From Bdellovibrionales bacterium (GTDB lineage Bacteria; Bdellovibrionota; Bdellovibrionia; Bdellovibrionales; JAGQZY01), in the NCBI GenBank assembly GCA_964230645.1, contig CAXRHT010000001.1, positions 704,001 to 768,000 on the forward strand: a stretch of DNA of 64,000 nt, given 5' to 3'. The position numbers and the translations under genes are program-made. Numbering within the stretch: position 1 is the first letter of the stretch; each line of letters opens with the position of its first letter. A model generated the notes under the pieces. The model was not told where the DNA came from. It made no database searches and saw only the letters and a program-made list of their open reading frames with translations. Shown piece by piece: positions 18,479-29,402 of this stretch.

Positions 18479-19396
18479 TCATTGATTGGGGAAAACACGG
18501 CGAATTTTAAAGCTCAGTGGGCCTTCAACACTCAGAAGGCATATAAGCCTGCCAGACCCCTTGGAGATCACCTTAAGGCCCTGTAATCCTTTCCGAGGGC
18601 CGTATTCAAGCTCCAGAAATCGCTCCAGTTTTCTTGAGATCTGGCCATTGGAGAGAAGTTTTTCGTCTTTACCTTCCACCTTGATTGTAGGCCAATCGGG
18701 AAGAGTTTGTGACAAAGGGATAAAGGATGAGTGTTCGTAAATTTCCTCCGGGGTCAACTCCTGAGCCTGCTGAGTTTTCACCGCTTGGCTCACCTCATAA
18801 GGGGAAGAGTGGGTGCGTCTAAGCTGAGTTAACGTGCCTCCACAACCGAGCATCTCCCCGAGTCTTTTTCCCCAGGCTCTAACATAACTTCCCTTGGTGC
18901 ACTCAAAAGCCACTTCTACTGATTTCTCACTTCGTTTAATTAGCTCCAGATCATTAAAACTCATTTCCTTTTCGGGTGGTTTAAAGTCCTCGCCCTTTCT
19001 GGCCTTCTCGTAGAGCTTTTTACCCTTAACTTTAACGGCCGAATATATTGGAACCGGCAAAACCACGGTGCCGCTAAGCTTAGAAAGAGTCTGCTTCAAC
19101 TCTTCATCAGATATTTCAAAATTCTGTTTTTCTTCAATCACTTCTCCAGTGATATCGTCCGTATCGGTCACAGTGCCAAGCAGAACTGTGGTCTGATAGG
19201 ACTTATTGCCATTAAGAATATAATCCGAAAGCTTGGTGGCTTTACCAATGAGAAGAACGAGGAGGCCCGTTGCCATGGGATCGAGTGTGCCGGCATGACC
19301 GATATCTTTTCGTTTAAGATGACGACGGAAGAGACCAACCACATCGTGGCTGGTCATGCCTCCTGGCTTATCAACAAGAAGGAGTCCATCTTTCAT
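18479..19396 (-). CDS. truB: tRNA pseudouridine(55) synthase
   Basis: VDKPGGMTSHDVV, GHAGTLDPMATG, CTKGSYVR. Confidence 0.97.
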   Translation of the reverse strand: MKDGLLLVDKPGGMTSHDVVGLFRRHLKRKDIGHAGTLDPMATGLLVLLIGKATKLSDYILNGNKSYQTTVLLGTVTDTDDITGEVIEEKQNFEISDEELKQTLSKLSGTVVLPVPIYSAVKVKGKKLYEKARKGEDFKPPEKEMSFNDLELIKRSEKSVEVAFECTKGSYVRAWGKRLGEMLGCGGTLTQLRRTHSSPYEVSQAVKTQQAQELTPEEIYEHSSFIPLSQTLPDWPTIKVEGKDEKLLSNGQISRKLERFLELEYGPRKGLQGLKVISKGSGRLICLLSVEGPLSFKIRRVFPNQ

Positions 19397-19746
19397 GAGA
19401 TATCAGAGTCCTCTTTTACAATACGATCGATTTTTGCCATCATTCGCACACTGTCATCGTTGTAGAATTTTACTGTCGGACAGTATTTCATACGAAATTT
19501 TGAATTGAAGATACGTTGAATGTCCGGCGCATGCGACTGCAAGGCTTCAAGAATTTCGTCACTAACTTCATCTTTACCAATAACACAAACGTAGGCTTTT
19601 ACGTTACGAAGGTCAGGACTGACGGCCACTTTGGTTAAAGAAACAAGGTCTTCACTACTACCTGACTGCTCCTGCATTAAGTAAGTAGAGATCACCTCTC
19701 GAATTTCTTTTTCCGCTCTTTGTAAACGTCGACTTTTTTCTGACAT
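19393..19746 (-). CDS. rbfA: Ribosome-binding factor A
   Basis: SPDLRNVKAY, MKYCPTVKFYND; position after infB. Confidence 0.93.
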   Translation of the reverse strand: MSEKSRRLQRAEKEIREVISTYLMQEQSGSSEDLVSLTKVAVSPDLRNVKAYVCVIGKDEVSDEILEALQSHAPDIQRIFNSKFRMKYCPTVKFYNDDSVRMMAKIDRIVKEDSDIS

Positions 19747-19774
19747 TTTCAATCCTTTACTTTGTGGCTCCTAC

Positions 19775-19808
19775 AAAAAAAGGTCCTTTTTAATTGAAAA
19801 AAAGGACC
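19775..19808 (-). terminator. Intrinsic terminator-like hairpin between infB and rbfA
   Basis: GGTCCTTTTT...AAAAAGGACC stem followed by a T7 tract on the minus strand. Confidence 0.55.
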
Positions 19809-19831
19809 CCCATAAAAATTTAAAATTAACT

Positions 19832-22588
19832 TTAGAGCTCTCTTGCCACTTCTTCTTCAAGGTAGGCTTCGATTTCATCGCCCACTTTAATATCATTGAA
19901 GTTTTCGATTCCGATACCGCACTCATAACCTGTGGCCACTTCTTTGGCATCGTCTTTAAAGCGCTTCAAACTGCTAATTTTGCCTGTGTAGATAACTGTT
20001 CCGTTACGTACCAATCGCAGAAGAGAGTTTCTGGTAATTTTACCATCAACCACAAAACTTCCAGCAATGGTACCAATCTTGGGAACACTAAAGGTGTCAC
20101 GCACTTCGGCTCGACCCATAGCTTTTTCCACAATATCGGGATCAAGAAGACCGGCCATCGCTAGCTTCATGTCATCCATAAGTTTATAAACAATAGAGTA
20201 TGTGTTGATATCCACACCTCGTTCTTTTGAAGCTTGGCGAGCACTGTTATCAGGACGAGTGTTAAATCCTACAATGATTCCACCAGCCGTTGAGGCAAGA
20301 AGAACATCAGACTCACTGATTCCACCCACGCCGGAGTGAATGACTTTAATCTTTACTTCGTCGGTTGATATCTTATCAAACATTGAGCGAATGGCCTCAC
20401 TGGTTCCCGCCACATCGGTTTTAAGAACCACAGGAAGCTCTTTTAACTCTCCAGACTTCACTCGAGAGAATAAATCTTCCAAGTTAGTTGGAGCGGCCTG
20501 TTTGGCCATTTTTTCTTTTCTGGCTTCTTCGGCCCTTTGCTCAGCAATACGCTCGGCTGTTTTCTCATCTTTACAAGCATCAAAGGGATCGCCCGCTTGT
20601 GGAGAAGCTGGAAGTCCGATCACTTCCACTGGATGACTCGGTCCTGCTTCATCGATTTTTTTGCCGGCCTCATCAAAAATCTGCCTCACTCGACAAGCGA
20701 TCTCTCCGATCACCACATTCTGTCCAGAAGTCAGTGTTCCATCTTGCACAAGCAAGGTGGCCACATTCCCTTTTCCAACTTCCACACGGCTTTCAACCAC
20801 GATACCCGTGGCTGAACGCTTGGGGTTGGCTCTAAGTTCTTGCATTTCCGCTAAGAGACTGACTTGCTCTAAAAGCTCATCCACCCCTTCGCCCTTAAGA
20901 GCTGAGACAGGCACAAACATAGTGTCACCACCCCAGTCCTCTGGAACTAATTCGTATTCAGCCATCTGCTGTTTGATTTTGTCAGGATTAGCGTCAGGGC
21001 GGTCCATTTTGTTCATAGCCACTATGATGGGTACTCCGGCTTGCTTGGAGTGACTGATTGCCTCAATGGTTTGTGGCATCACACCATCATCGGCAGCAAC
21101 AACTAAAATCACAATATCCGTTGAGCTGGCACCACGGGCTCTCATCGCTGTAAAGGCTTCGTGTCCCGGAGTATCAATAAAAGTACATTCACCGATAGAA
21201 GTTTTCACTCGGTAAGCACCCACGTGCTGGGTGATCCCGCCAGCTTCTCCTTCGGCCACTTTTGCTTTTCTGATGAAATCAAGCAAGGTGGTTTTTCCGT
21301 GGTCGACGTGTCCCATCACAGTAACGATCGGAGCTCGTGCAATCTTTTCAGCACCTAGATCTCCAAAGGCTGCCATTTCTACGAGTTCGTCATCTGATTT
21401 TTGAATGTTTTCCGCTTCGTAATCAAACTCGGGAACAATTAACGAAATGGTTTCAAAATCCAGTTCCGTGTTCACATTGCCCATGACACCGTTTTTCATG
21501 AGAACTTTTACGAGTTGAGGACTCTTAACATGCATTTCATCGGCAAGTTCAGAAACCTTCATACTTCCGTAAACTTTAACCACACGCTTATGGGCAGCCG
21601 GTTTAGTGATTTCGGTTTTCTTCATCTCTGCAGGGTTAGATGCAATTTTCTTTTTCTTCGGTTGAAAAACGACCTCTCTCTTTTTGAATTCTGAAGAAAC
21701 AAAAGAAGGCGGCGCCTGCTCTTGGTCTTTCTTTGAAGGACCACTGGGACCAGCGGCTGGTTTCTTACGCTTGTTATCTTTATGGTGATCTTTTTTACCA
21801 AAACGATCACTCTCTTCTTGTTGAGGCATCGGCTGGTTGGCAGCCACAAATCCGGGGCGAATGTTTCGGTTCGCTGTTTTCTGGGGACGATTAGATTGGC
21901 TTTTGTTTTCAACCTTACTTAAATCCATTTTACCCACAATATTACGGCGTGGCTTTTCGGATTTAACTCCACTCACCGGTCCACCTTCAGTCATTTTGAC
22001 TTCACGTTTACGGGCCGAAGGAGCTGGCTTTGATTCTTTAGCCGCTTCCTTTTTGGGCTCTTCTTTTTTAGGCTCTTCTTTAGGAGCTTCCGTCTTGGCT
22101 TCAACCGCCGCCTCTTTAGGAGTTGTCACTTGAGGCGCTTCTTTTTCAGCCGCTTCTTTTGGAGTGGTTGTTTCTACAGGAGCGCTTGCCGCCTGAACCT
22201 TTTCCTCAGTCGCCTCTTCTTCTTTTTTAGCCGCTTCTTTTTTGACAACGTCGGCTTTTTTACGACGGATGACTGTTTTTTTCTTAGTCTTCTTTTTGGT
22301 CGTTTTTTTGCCGGACGCCGCTTTTTTCGCCGTTTTCTTTTTGGCGGTCTTTTTCTTAGCTGCTTTTTTCTTTGCCGTCTTTTTCTTGGCTGTTTTCTTT
22401 TTGCCTTTTTTACCGCCGCCCTCTTCTTCTTCAAGCTTGTCTTTTATCTTGGCGATATCATCTTGGCTCAATTCAGCCATATGGCTTTTAATGGGTAACT
22501 CCCATTTACGAATCTTATCCATCAAAACAAGAGTTTCGATTCCTATTTCTTTGGCAAATTCATACACCTTAGGTTGATCCAACTTCAA
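19832..22588 (-). CDS. infB: Translation initiation factor IF-2
   Basis: [32 protein letters not shown]. Confidence 0.99.
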   Translation of the reverse strand: MKLDQPKVYEFAKEIGIETLVLMDKIRKWELPIKSHMAELSQDDIAKIKDKLEEEEGGGKKGKKKTAKKKTAKKKAAKKKTAKKKTAKKAASGKKTTKKKTKKKTVIRRKKADVVKKEAAKKEEEATEEKVQAASAPVETTTPKEAAEKEAPQVTTPKEAAVEAKTEAPKEEPKKEEPKKEAAKESKPAPSARKREVKMTEGGPVSGVKSEKPRRNIVGKMDLSKVENKSQSNRPQKTANRNIRPGFVAANQPMPQQEESDRFGKKDHHKDNKRKKPAAGPSGPSKKDQEQAPPSFVSSEFKKREVVFQPKKKKIASNPAEMKKTEITKPAAHKRVVKVYGSMKVSELADEMHVKSPQLVKVLMKNGVMGNVNTELDFETISLIVPEFDYEAENIQKSDDELVEMAAFGDLGAEKIARAPIVTVMGHVDHGKTTLLDFIRKAKVAEGEAGGITQHVGAYRVKTSIGECTFIDTPGHEAFTAMRARGASSTDIVILVVAADDGVMPQTIEAISHSKQAGVPIIVAMNKMDRPDANPDKIKQQMAEYELVPEDWGGDTMFVPVSALKGEGVDELLEQVSLLAEMQELRANPKRSATGIVVESRVEVGKGNVATLLVQDGTLTSGQNVVIGEIACRVRQIFDEAGKKIDEAGPSHPVEVIGLPASPQAGDPFDACKDEKTAERIAEQRAEEARKEKMAKQAAPTNLEDLFSRVKSGELKELPVVLKTDVAGTSEAIRSMFDKISTDEVKIKVIHSGVGGISESDVLLASTAGGIIVGFNTRPDNSARQASKERGVDINTYSIVYKLMDDMKLAMAGLLDPDIVEKAMGRAEVRDTFSVPKIGTIAGSFVVDGKITRNSLLRLVRNGTVIYTGKISSLKRFKDDAKEVATGYECGIGIENFNDIKVGDEIEAYLEEEVAREL

Positions 22589-22616
22589 ACTCCCTTAGCT
22601 TATAGCTTCTTTAAGC

Positions 22617-24191
22617 TTAGTCTTCTTTTTTCTCTTCATCAGTTTCAGCCGCCGAATCTTCATTAGCTGTGTCTTCTGATTGATTTTCTTTGGCCTCTTC
22701 ACCAGAAGTGTCTCCTTCTGCTGAGGCTTCCTGTTTTTCTTCTTCATCAGCAGACTCTTCTGCTGCATCGGCCTTCATTTCTTCACCAGAGTCATCAGCA
22801 TTTGATGTTTCATCCGCTGTGAGTTGAGCCATTTGCTCTTTAAGCATCTGGTCGGCCTGACTCTTGGCATCCCCACCGGAAGGCACTTGCGCTTCTGTGG
22901 TGGTTGGCGCTTTTGGAATTTCTTTGCCCTCTTCCTGGTACTGTTTAAGAAGATCTTTTGCCTCTTGGATCAATCCCTCGGCATGCTCCTCGGTGTCGTA
23001 ACCAGGAATAACCATGATATCTTCAACATCGGCCGCGGCTAGTGATTGGAAGGATCCAAATCCACTTTGGAAAATACTTTGAGCCATTGTGTCTGTCATA
23101 TTTGGCATTAACATAAGATTGAAAATCGACTCCGCCGTTCGCGCCGAAGCATTGGTTTCAGACATAATGTCAATTTTCCAGCCTGTTAATTTGGCCGCCA
23201 AACGAACATTCACCCCACGCTTACCAATGGCAAGGCTGAGTTGAGAATCTGGGACAACAATTTCCATCTCTTTGTTGGCTTCATCAAGAAACACTCTTGA
23301 GATTTCAGCCGGTGCTAGAGCATTACAGGCAAAACGAGTGATATCTTCATCCCACTCGACAATATCAATTTTCTCACCTTTAAGTTCCTGCACCACGTTT
23401 TGCACGCGAGAACCCTTCATTCCCACGCAGGCTCCCACGCCGTCCACGGCTGAGTCTTTACTGTAAACAGCAATCTTTGCTCTTTGCCCGGGCTCACGAG
23501 CTGCGGCCATAATTTGTACAATTCCGTCATAAATTTCCGGAACTTCAATTTCAAAAAGTTTCACCATGTAGTCGGCATGAGCGCGAGACATGACGATTTG
23601 TGGGCCTCTTGTGGTTTGACGAACATCGAGAAGATGACCCTGGATACGGTCTCCTGGTTTGAAATGCTCACCAGGAATTTGCTCACGGTAAGGGATGATG
23701 GCCTCGGTTCGGCCGAGATCAACAACCACTGTTCCTCGCTCCACGCGACGAACAATCCCTGAAGCAATCTCACCTTTACGGCTTTCGAACTCGTTAAAGA
23801 TAATATCGCGTTCGGCGTCTCGCACCTTTTGCATAATAATTTGTTTGGCTGTTTGAGCCGCGATTCGCCCAAGCTCCGAGGTGTCTAGCTTTATACCGAT
23901 AGAGTCATGCAATTGCGCATCCGGGTCGAGCTCTCTGGCATCATCAAGACGGATTTCAATTTCTTCATCCTCAAAATCATCATCAGAAACCACTTCATTA
24001 AACTGATACAGTTCAACTTCACCGGTGTCTTCGTTGTAGGTCGCTTCGATGTCGCGGTAAGTTCCATAAACTTTGGTGGCGGCTACTAGCATTCCTTGTT
24101 TTACAGCCTCGATAATAAGGTCACGATCTATGCCCTTATCCTTACCGACCTGCTCGATCATACGACTTAAATTAGAAAATACGTTTTCCAC
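22617..24191 (-). CDS. nusA: Transcription termination/antitermination factor NusA
   Basis: GRIAAQTAKQ, EVPEI, GACVGMKGSRV, LAIGKRGVNVRLA. Confidence 0.99.
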   Translation of the reverse strand: MENVFSNLSRMIEQVGKDKGIDRDLIIEAVKQGMLVAATKVYGTYRDIEATYNEDTGEVELYQFNEVVSDDDFEDEEIEIRLDDARELDPDAQLHDSIGIKLDTSELGRIAAQTAKQIIMQKVRDAERDIIFNEFESRKGEIASGIVRRVERGTVVVDLGRTEAIIPYREQIPGEHFKPGDRIQGHLLDVRQTTRGPQIVMSRAHADYMVKLFEIEVPEIYDGIVQIMAAAREPGQRAKIAVYSKDSAVDGVGACVGMKGSRVQNVVQELKGEKIDIVEWDEDITRFACNALAPAEISRVFLDEANKEMEIVVPDSQLSLAIGKRGVNVRLAAKLTGWKIDIMSETNASARTAESIFNLMLMPNMTDTMAQSIFQSGFGSFQSLAAADVEDIMVIPGYDTEEHAEGLIQEAKDLLKQYQEEGKEIPKAPTTTEAQVPSGGDAKSQADQMLKEQMAQLTADETSNADDSGEEMKADAAEESADEEEKQEASAEGDTSGEEAKENQSEDTANEDSAAETDEEKKED

Positions 24192-24194
24192 TTT

Positions 24195-24755
24195 CTAACC
24201 CTTTCTACCTTTTTGTTTCTTTTTACTAAACGGATTGGGATGAGCAAACATCACCCGTGCTTTATGTATAAAATTAAAAGGAATCTTGATGATGTCCTCA
24301 GACTCTTCTTGATCCCCTTCTAAAACCATCAATTCCACATTTTCATCGGCGACACCCATAACACGCCCACCAATTTTTTTTCGCTTCTGGTCTTTGTCAG
24401 AGCGTCCGGAGAGGAATTCTCCCATTGCCGTGTTGAAGTGAATCAGAACTTTTTCACCCACCACTTTTTCATAGTGCCATAGCTCTTTTAAATGGCGATC
24501 TAGACCGGGTGAGGACACTTCCAACTGATAAGTACCTCCAGGAACTAGCTCCTCAACATCTAAAACAAGATCCAAACCTCTGGAAACATTGGAGCAATCG
24601 TCTATGGAAACACCTTCTGAACCATCTTTATCGATAAATATACGAAGGGTGCGGCCTTTCCCTTTTCCCGTCCACTCAAGATCGTAGAGGAAACAATTTT
24701 CTCTTTTCGCAATTTTTTGGGCATGCTCCCGCAATTTTTCCAGTTCTTCGGCCAT
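24195..24755 (-). CDS. rimP: Ribosome maturation factor RimP
   Basis: LRIFIDK, DDCSNVSR, YQLEVSSPGLDR. Confidence 0.97.
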   Translation of the reverse strand: MAEELEKLREHAQKIAKRENCFLYDLEWTGKGKGRTLRIFIDKDGSEGVSIDDCSNVSRGLDLVLDVEELVPGGTYQLEVSSPGLDRHLKELWHYEKVVGEKVLIHFNTAMGEFLSGRSDKDQKRKKIGGRVMGVADENVELMVLEGDQEESEDIIKIPFNFIHKARVMFAHPNPFSKKKQKGRKG

Positions 24756-24770
24756 TCCTATCCTATATAT

Positions 24771-24798
24771 AAAAAAAATAGGCCCACTGGGCCTATTT
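24771..24798 (-). terminator. rimP leader terminator/attenuator hairpin
   Basis: Minus strand AATAGGCCCA-G-TGGGCCTATT followed by a T-tract, between the promoter and the rimP start; GC-rich terminator hairpins are known in rimP leaders. Confidence 0.7.
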
Positions 24799-24805
24799 GT
24801 TGGAC

Positions 24806-24834
24806 AATCTAGCAGAGAGGCCTATTTAAGGCAA
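24806..24834 (-). promoter_or_regulatory. Sigma70-type promoter of the rimP-nusA-infB operon
   Basis: Minus strand TTGCCT-N17-TAGATT with a TGn extension. Confidence 0.6.
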
Positions 24835-24943
24835 GGGAAATGCTGAGAACCAATACTTTTTAAGTATATGATAAAACTTAGCTTTTTAAAGCCACTGGAT
24901 TCTCCGGGAGCTGGAAGGCTCAATGAGCCCTATCCAAGGCCCT

Positions 24944-25381
24944 CTAAACTGAGTAGCTCATAAGCAGCCCAGTACCGCCGTCGCGATAATAGGACTTTCT
25001 CTGGCCCACGATTTTGAAGCCCTGCTGCCCATAGAAATCCAAGGCCTCTTTATTTTTTTCGTGCACATCGACCCATATCTCTTTTTTTTGCTCAAGGGCG
25101 AAATGGCTAAAAAGATCCGACATATGGCCTTGGCGCAAATGTTCCGAGTGAGTTTCTAGAAAAGATATTTCAGCGGCAACATCGGTCTGATGAAAGAAAA
25201 GAAGAGCCATAATCCTGTCTTTGTCGGTCTTGGCTTGCCAATGATTCTGAGAGTTCTGGCAATAGGAAGCGAGTTGAGCGTTGGACCAAAACCAAACAGG
25301 ACTTCCCTCCTTGATCTCACGCTGCTCAATATAAGTGGACATTTGGGTCCGCCCCAAAGGATTGGACGAATCGATAAACAT
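24944..25381 (-). CDS. RimI-like GNAT N-acetyltransferase
   Basis: IWVDVHEKNKEALDFY...GFKIVGQRKSYYRDG. Confidence 0.8.
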   Translation of the reverse strand: MFIDSSNPLGRTQMSTYIEQREIKEGSPVWFWSNAQLASYCQNSQNHWQAKTDKDRIMALLFFHQTDVAAEISFLETHSEHLRQGHMSDLFSHFALEQKKEIWVDVHEKNKEALDFYGQQGFKIVGQRKSYYRDGGTGLLMSYSV

Positions 25382-25415
25382 GCTTTTTCTCCCCTAAAAG
25401 CAATGGCTCTTTTTT

Positions 25416-26021
25416 TTATTTCTGAAATTGGGAAAATCTCTGCACTTTGTATTTTTTCTCGAGCACCTGAAACCATTGCTCCAGGCGGTCCAAGAGATTT
25501 TCCTCAACTTTATTTTGTCTAATTTTTTCTTTCACGTCATCGAACTTGAGATTTCCGTAATTCACTCTATTTTGAGTGTATTCTGTTTCGATCTCTGAAA
25601 GACTAACCGGTAAAACCGAGGCCTTTCTTTTAAAAACAAACAATCGATCCGCCTCCATGCGACGCCTAATTTTTTCCCGTAAAACGTTTGGGTCCAGATC
25701 CAAATTTTTCCAGTCAGAGGCAGCAATCTTTTCTTTGGCTTTTTTATAAACCTCAGAGACTTTTTCATTTGAGATACCAGCATTGTAAAAAGAGGAGGCT
25801 TCAAAGAAAAGGAGCCATTCACGAATGACTTCTTCAATCGGCTTTTTTACTCGAAGATTTTGAAATTCCGTTCCAGCCGCTTCCATAACCACTTTGTGAA
25901 TATCGACCTCTCTTGAAGTGATCACATGGTTTTTAACTTGGGCGACTGTTTTAATAAGAATCTCGGCCTCTGCTGGCGGAGATAAAATGAGCAATCCCAA
26001 AATTAACAAGAACGACTTCAT
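25416..26021 (-). CDS. Periplasmic SurA N-terminal-like chaperone/hypothetical protein
   Basis: Signal peptide; KTVAQVKNHVITSREV resembles the SurA_N start; helical. Confidence 0.55.
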   Translation of the reverse strand: MKSFLLILGLLILSPPAEAEILIKTVAQVKNHVITSREVDIHKVVMEAAGTEFQNLRVKKPIEEVIREWLLFFEASSFYNAGISNEKVSEVYKKAKEKIAASDWKNLDLDPNVLREKIRRRMEADRLFVFKRKASVLPVSLSEIETEYTQNRVNYGNLKFDDVKEKIRQNKVEENLLDRLEQWFQVLEKKYKVQRFSQFQK

Positions 26022-26107
26022 GATCTAATTGTAAGGGAGAATCAAAAAAAAAGGTATAAACATTGGCCGAAATGCCGTGTTTTATACCCTCAAAACCGGT
26101 GACTCCA

Positions 26108-26899
26108 TCAAAATTTCATCTTGGCGTTTAAAAGAAGGACCCAATAATCAAGAGATTCTAAATCCTGAGTTGTGGTTCTATTGGCTGACAATTGGCTGGC
26201 TCTCTCTGCGGAAACGGCCCTTTCAGCTTCATAAGAAAAGTTTCTCATGTAACGGCCTTCAACGCCCACATTGATGGCTCGGTTCATTGCCACTTCCACC
26301 CCGGCACTAAAGCCTCCATCAAAGGCGTTTGAGGTTCTCTCGTCACCATTAAAGCGACGGTAAGTATAGGCCAGTAACACCCCAGCTGTGGGCATGATCC
26401 AGTGGTTTGAAAAACCAAAGGTCGACTTTAAAGCTCCACTAAAACCAAAGTGATCCACATCCTCAGCCTCTAAAGTTGAAGCCTGCAGAGTACCGGCCTC
26501 TTGAAACGAATAAAGAAAGCCGCCTTCCGCCCAAAAATCAAGACCTACAGGTATTCCTATAACCACGCCACCGGCTCCACTAAATTCAGGGGTTGAATTT
26601 TGGAAAGGATAAGTTAGAGCCCCTCCTAAAATTCCCACATAAAAATCAGTTTCTCCGTTGTCAGAGGGCTCTTCGATCTTTGTGCTTGAAGTTGTCTGGG
26701 GATAATCCCCTTGCACAGCCGTTTGCACGCTTTTCTGGCGCTTTGGTGGGTAGTTGTAAGCAGTTCCCACTTGGCGCTCCATGGCGTCGAGGTTTTGTCG
26801 ACGGGTGTACCAATCGGCATTCTCTGGGGCTGCAAAAGCTGTGGAAAGGTAAAAACTTAAAAATACGAACATATATAAAGACGTAAAAAGTCTATTCAT
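26108..26899 (-). CDS. Outer-membrane beta-barrel protein
   Basis: GGAGG RBS before MNRLF, signal peptide ending AFA, amphipathic strands, terminal Phe. Confidence 0.75.
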   Translation of the reverse strand: MNRLFTSLYMFVFLSFYLSTAFAAPENADWYTRRQNLDAMERQVGTAYNYPPKRQKSVQTAVQGDYPQTTSSTKIEEPSDNGETDFYVGILGGALTYPFQNSTPEFSGAGGVVIGIPVGLDFWAEGGFLYSFQEAGTLQASTLEAEDVDHFGFSGALKSTFGFSNHWIMPTAGVLLAYTYRRFNGDERTSNAFDGGFSAGVEVAMNRAINVGVEGRYMRNFSYEAERAVSAERASQLSANRTTTQDLESLDYWVLLLNAKMKF

Positions 26900-27089
26900 C
26901 GATCCAAATCCTCCATATGACGCTATGTATTGCATTTTTTATGCGTCGTGGCAACTGAGATTGAAGAAAATGGCAAGGAGTGAGGAAAAGCCTGTCATTT
27001 TTTCATAATTTTTCTTGTATCTCACCGTAATTTCTTATAATTTTCCGCTTTCATGAAAGCCTAGGGGCTTGATTGGCAATTGGAACTGA

Positions 27090-27176
27090 GCCGACGTGGC
27101 GGAATTGGTAGACGCAGGGGATTCAAAATCCCCCGGTAGCAATACTGTGCGAGTTCGAGTCTCGCCGTCGGTACCA
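27090..27176 (+). tRNA. tRNA-Leu (CAA)
   Basis: Acceptor GCCGACG/CGTCGGT, D-loop GGAATTGGTAGAC, anticodon arm GGGGA-TTCAAAA-TCCCC, long variable arm, GTTCGAGTC, encoded CCA. Confidence 0.98.
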
Positions 27177-27264
27177 TATTTTTCTCATTTTATTGTTTAA
27201 TTGGATTTATATGTGATCGAGTTCCTTCTGCCCGAGTTAATACCGAGAAGTTTTATTAATCTTT

Positions 27265-27519
27265 TTAGTTTTCTCTGAAATAAGATTTCATCCATTTCAC
27301 TGAGCCTGCAGTGACGTTTTTCATTTTGGCAGGCTCTTTCATTTTTAACACCACTAAAGCCGACTCATCGCTGATATGATTTTTCAAATCGTGGTAAAGA
27401 CGGCTGCGAGATTTTGTAGTTTCAAAGAAATACAAATTCTCAGCAACCATCCTCCCACCATTTTTTTCCACAAATTCTGGAAGTGACTGTTCAGCTTCAT
27501 TTACAAAAACTAAGAACAT
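27265..27519 (-). CDS. Small hypothetical protein
   Basis: 84 aa, 1 nt after the ADH stop; SRSRLYHDLK motif. Confidence 0.7.
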   Translation of the reverse strand: MFLVFVNEAEQSLPEFVEKNGGRMVAENLYFFETTKSRSRLYHDLKNHISDESALVVLKMKEPAKMKNVTAGSVKWMKSYFREN

Positions 27520-27520
27520 T

Positions 27521-28696
27521 TTATGGCTTCAATACCACTTTCACACAAGAATCATTTTTCTCCGCAAACATCTTGTAAGCGTCTGGCGCCTCTACCAGGG
27601 GTACTTCATGAGTGATCAGAAAGGAGGGATCAATTTTCTCATTTTCAACAAGGTCGAGAAGTTTTGGGAGATATTTCTGAACATGGGTTTGGCCCATTTT
27701 GAACTGTAAAGCCTTATTCATGGCTGGCCCTAGAGCAAAATTAGGGACTTCGTCCGTATAAACTCCTGGTATAGAAACGACCCCACCTTTTTTACAAGAT
27801 TTTATTATCTCATTGATCACGAAGGGACGATTATTCGGCATGTGCGCAGCCTCTAACATTGATTCTTTAGCGTTCACCAAAGAATTCATTGAATGAGCCT
27901 CAGCACCGACGGCATCAATACATTTGTCTGGTCCGTATCCCTTTGTCATGTCCAAGAGAGCTGAATAAACATCATCAATTTCACTTCGATCAATAACTTC
28001 TGTGCTTTTGATTCCTTTGGCTAGCTGAAGTCTTTCTGGCACATCATCAATAGCTATCACCCTCTTGGCGCCTTGAAGCCAAGCACTGTGCACAGTAAAA
28101 AGTCCGACGGGACCACAGCCCCACACTGCTACAGTGTCATTTTCATCAATCTGACAATTTTCAGCAGCCATCCACCCGGTAGGAAAGATGTCTGACAAAA
28201 ACAGCACCTTCTCATCAGCTAAATGGCTAGGAACTTTAATTGGGCCCACATCTGCGTATGGAACGCGAAGATACTCGGCCTGGCCTCCAGGAATTCCTCC
28301 TGTCAAATGAGAGTAGCCGAATAAAGCGGCGGTAGAGTGTCCAAGTTCTTTCTGCGCCTTTTCTTTTTTGGGATTGCTCTCATCGCAAAGAGAATAAAGC
28401 TGTCTGTCGCAGAAATGACAACTACCACACGAAATTGTAAAAGGAACTACGACTCGGTCGCCTTTTTTGAATTTTTTAACGGAGGAACCGACCTCTTCGA
28501 CGATCCCCATTGGCTCATGACCTATAATATCTCCTTCTTTCATCCCAGCCATAACCCCGTTGTAGAGGTGGAGATCCGAGCCACAGATCGCAGTGGAGGT
28601 CACTTTAATTATCATATCATGGTCGTTTTGAATTTTGGGGTCATCGACATTGTCTACCCTAACATCTTTTCTTCCATGCCAAACTAGTGCTTTCAT
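27521..28696 (-). CDS. Zinc-dependent alcohol dehydrogenase (formaldehyde dehydrogenase-like, YbdR type)
   Basis: [46 protein letters not shown]. Confidence 0.93.
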   Translation of the reverse strand: MKALVWHGRKDVRVDNVDDPKIQNDHDMIIKVTSTAICGSDLHLYNGVMAGMKEGDIIGHEPMGIVEEVGSSVKKFKKGDRVVVPFTISCGSCHFCDRQLYSLCDESNPKKEKAQKELGHSTAALFGYSHLTGGIPGGQAEYLRVPYADVGPIKVPSHLADEKVLFLSDIFPTGWMAAENCQIDENDTVAVWGCGPVGLFTVHSAWLQGAKRVIAIDDVPERLQLAKGIKSTEVIDRSEIDDVYSALLDMTKGYGPDKCIDAVGAEAHSMNSLVNAKESMLEAAHMPNNRPFVINEIIKSCKKGGVVSIPGVYTDEVPNFALGPAMNKALQFKMGQTHVQKYLPKLLDLVENEKIDPSFLITHEVPLVEAPDAYKMFAEKNDSCVKVVLKP

Positions 28697-28860
28697 ATTC
28701 TCGTCCTTTCCTTAGGTTTTCCGTAAGTTACAGACAATGAGATAAATAATCTCCTACCACTTTTTTAGCCTTTGTGAAGATTTAAATGATTTAATTGCTT
28801 TCGATGAGAAAGAACAAGGATATGCCCGAACACTACTCATCCTGTACTCACAAGAAGTTT

Positions 28861-29166
28861 CTAACACCCTTCATCGACTTCATACGAATAATCAGTTTCG
28901 AAGAGTATCAAGTCAGCGGATGTTCTAAATTCAGATCGGTACCAAAACTCATCGGCCTCTTCAGGGATATCTGTGATAAAGATCGAACAACCATCTTCCA
29001 AATATATATTAGAAATAAACTCGACACGCTTATCAGCCCAAGACGGTTGAGTTGTAAAAAAGATGACCGCATCGGCGTCCACGGGATCTTCTACGAAATA
29101 AACGATTTTTGCTTGGCTTTGCAGGCAGAAAACCACTGTTATAATTAATATTAATGCATGCTTCAT
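28861..29166 (-). CDS. Small secreted protein with AD..(V/I)(Y/F)F repeats (DUF6150-like)
   Basis: AAGGAG RBS, signal peptide ending SQA, repeated ADAVIFF / ADKRVEF / ADEFWY / ADLILF units. Confidence 0.6.
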   Translation of the reverse strand: MKHALILIITVVFCLQSQAKIVYFVEDPVDADAVIFFTTQPSWADKRVEFISNIYLEDGCSIFITDIPEEADEFWYRSEFRTSADLILFETDYSYEVDEGC

Positions 29167-29402
29167 GCAGTACTCCTTAGAATTCAAATGGCGCGAATAT
29201 ATAGAGTTATAACTAATAGAAAACCCTTTTTTTCAAGCCCTATAGAAAAGTAATGGGTGACAACTTTTTATACAGCCGTAGCCCTCATTCTTCTTTTAAT
29301 TAATTGCCATGAAGATTGCCGACTAAAATGACGAAACCTGTATTTGTTATTTATACCCTAAGTTGCTGCATAATTTTATGTGCTTGGACTTTTTTTCCTG
29401 TG

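Noticed and set aside
21622..22577. Arg/Lys-rich or Phe-rich alternative-frame ORFs over infB
   Set aside because: Shadow ORFs of the low-complexity IF-2 N-terminal region.
27015..27041. Sigma70 promoter for tRNA-Leu (TTGTAT...TATAAT)
   Set aside because: The -10 is perfect but the spacer is 15 nt; plausible, too uncertain to call as a feature.
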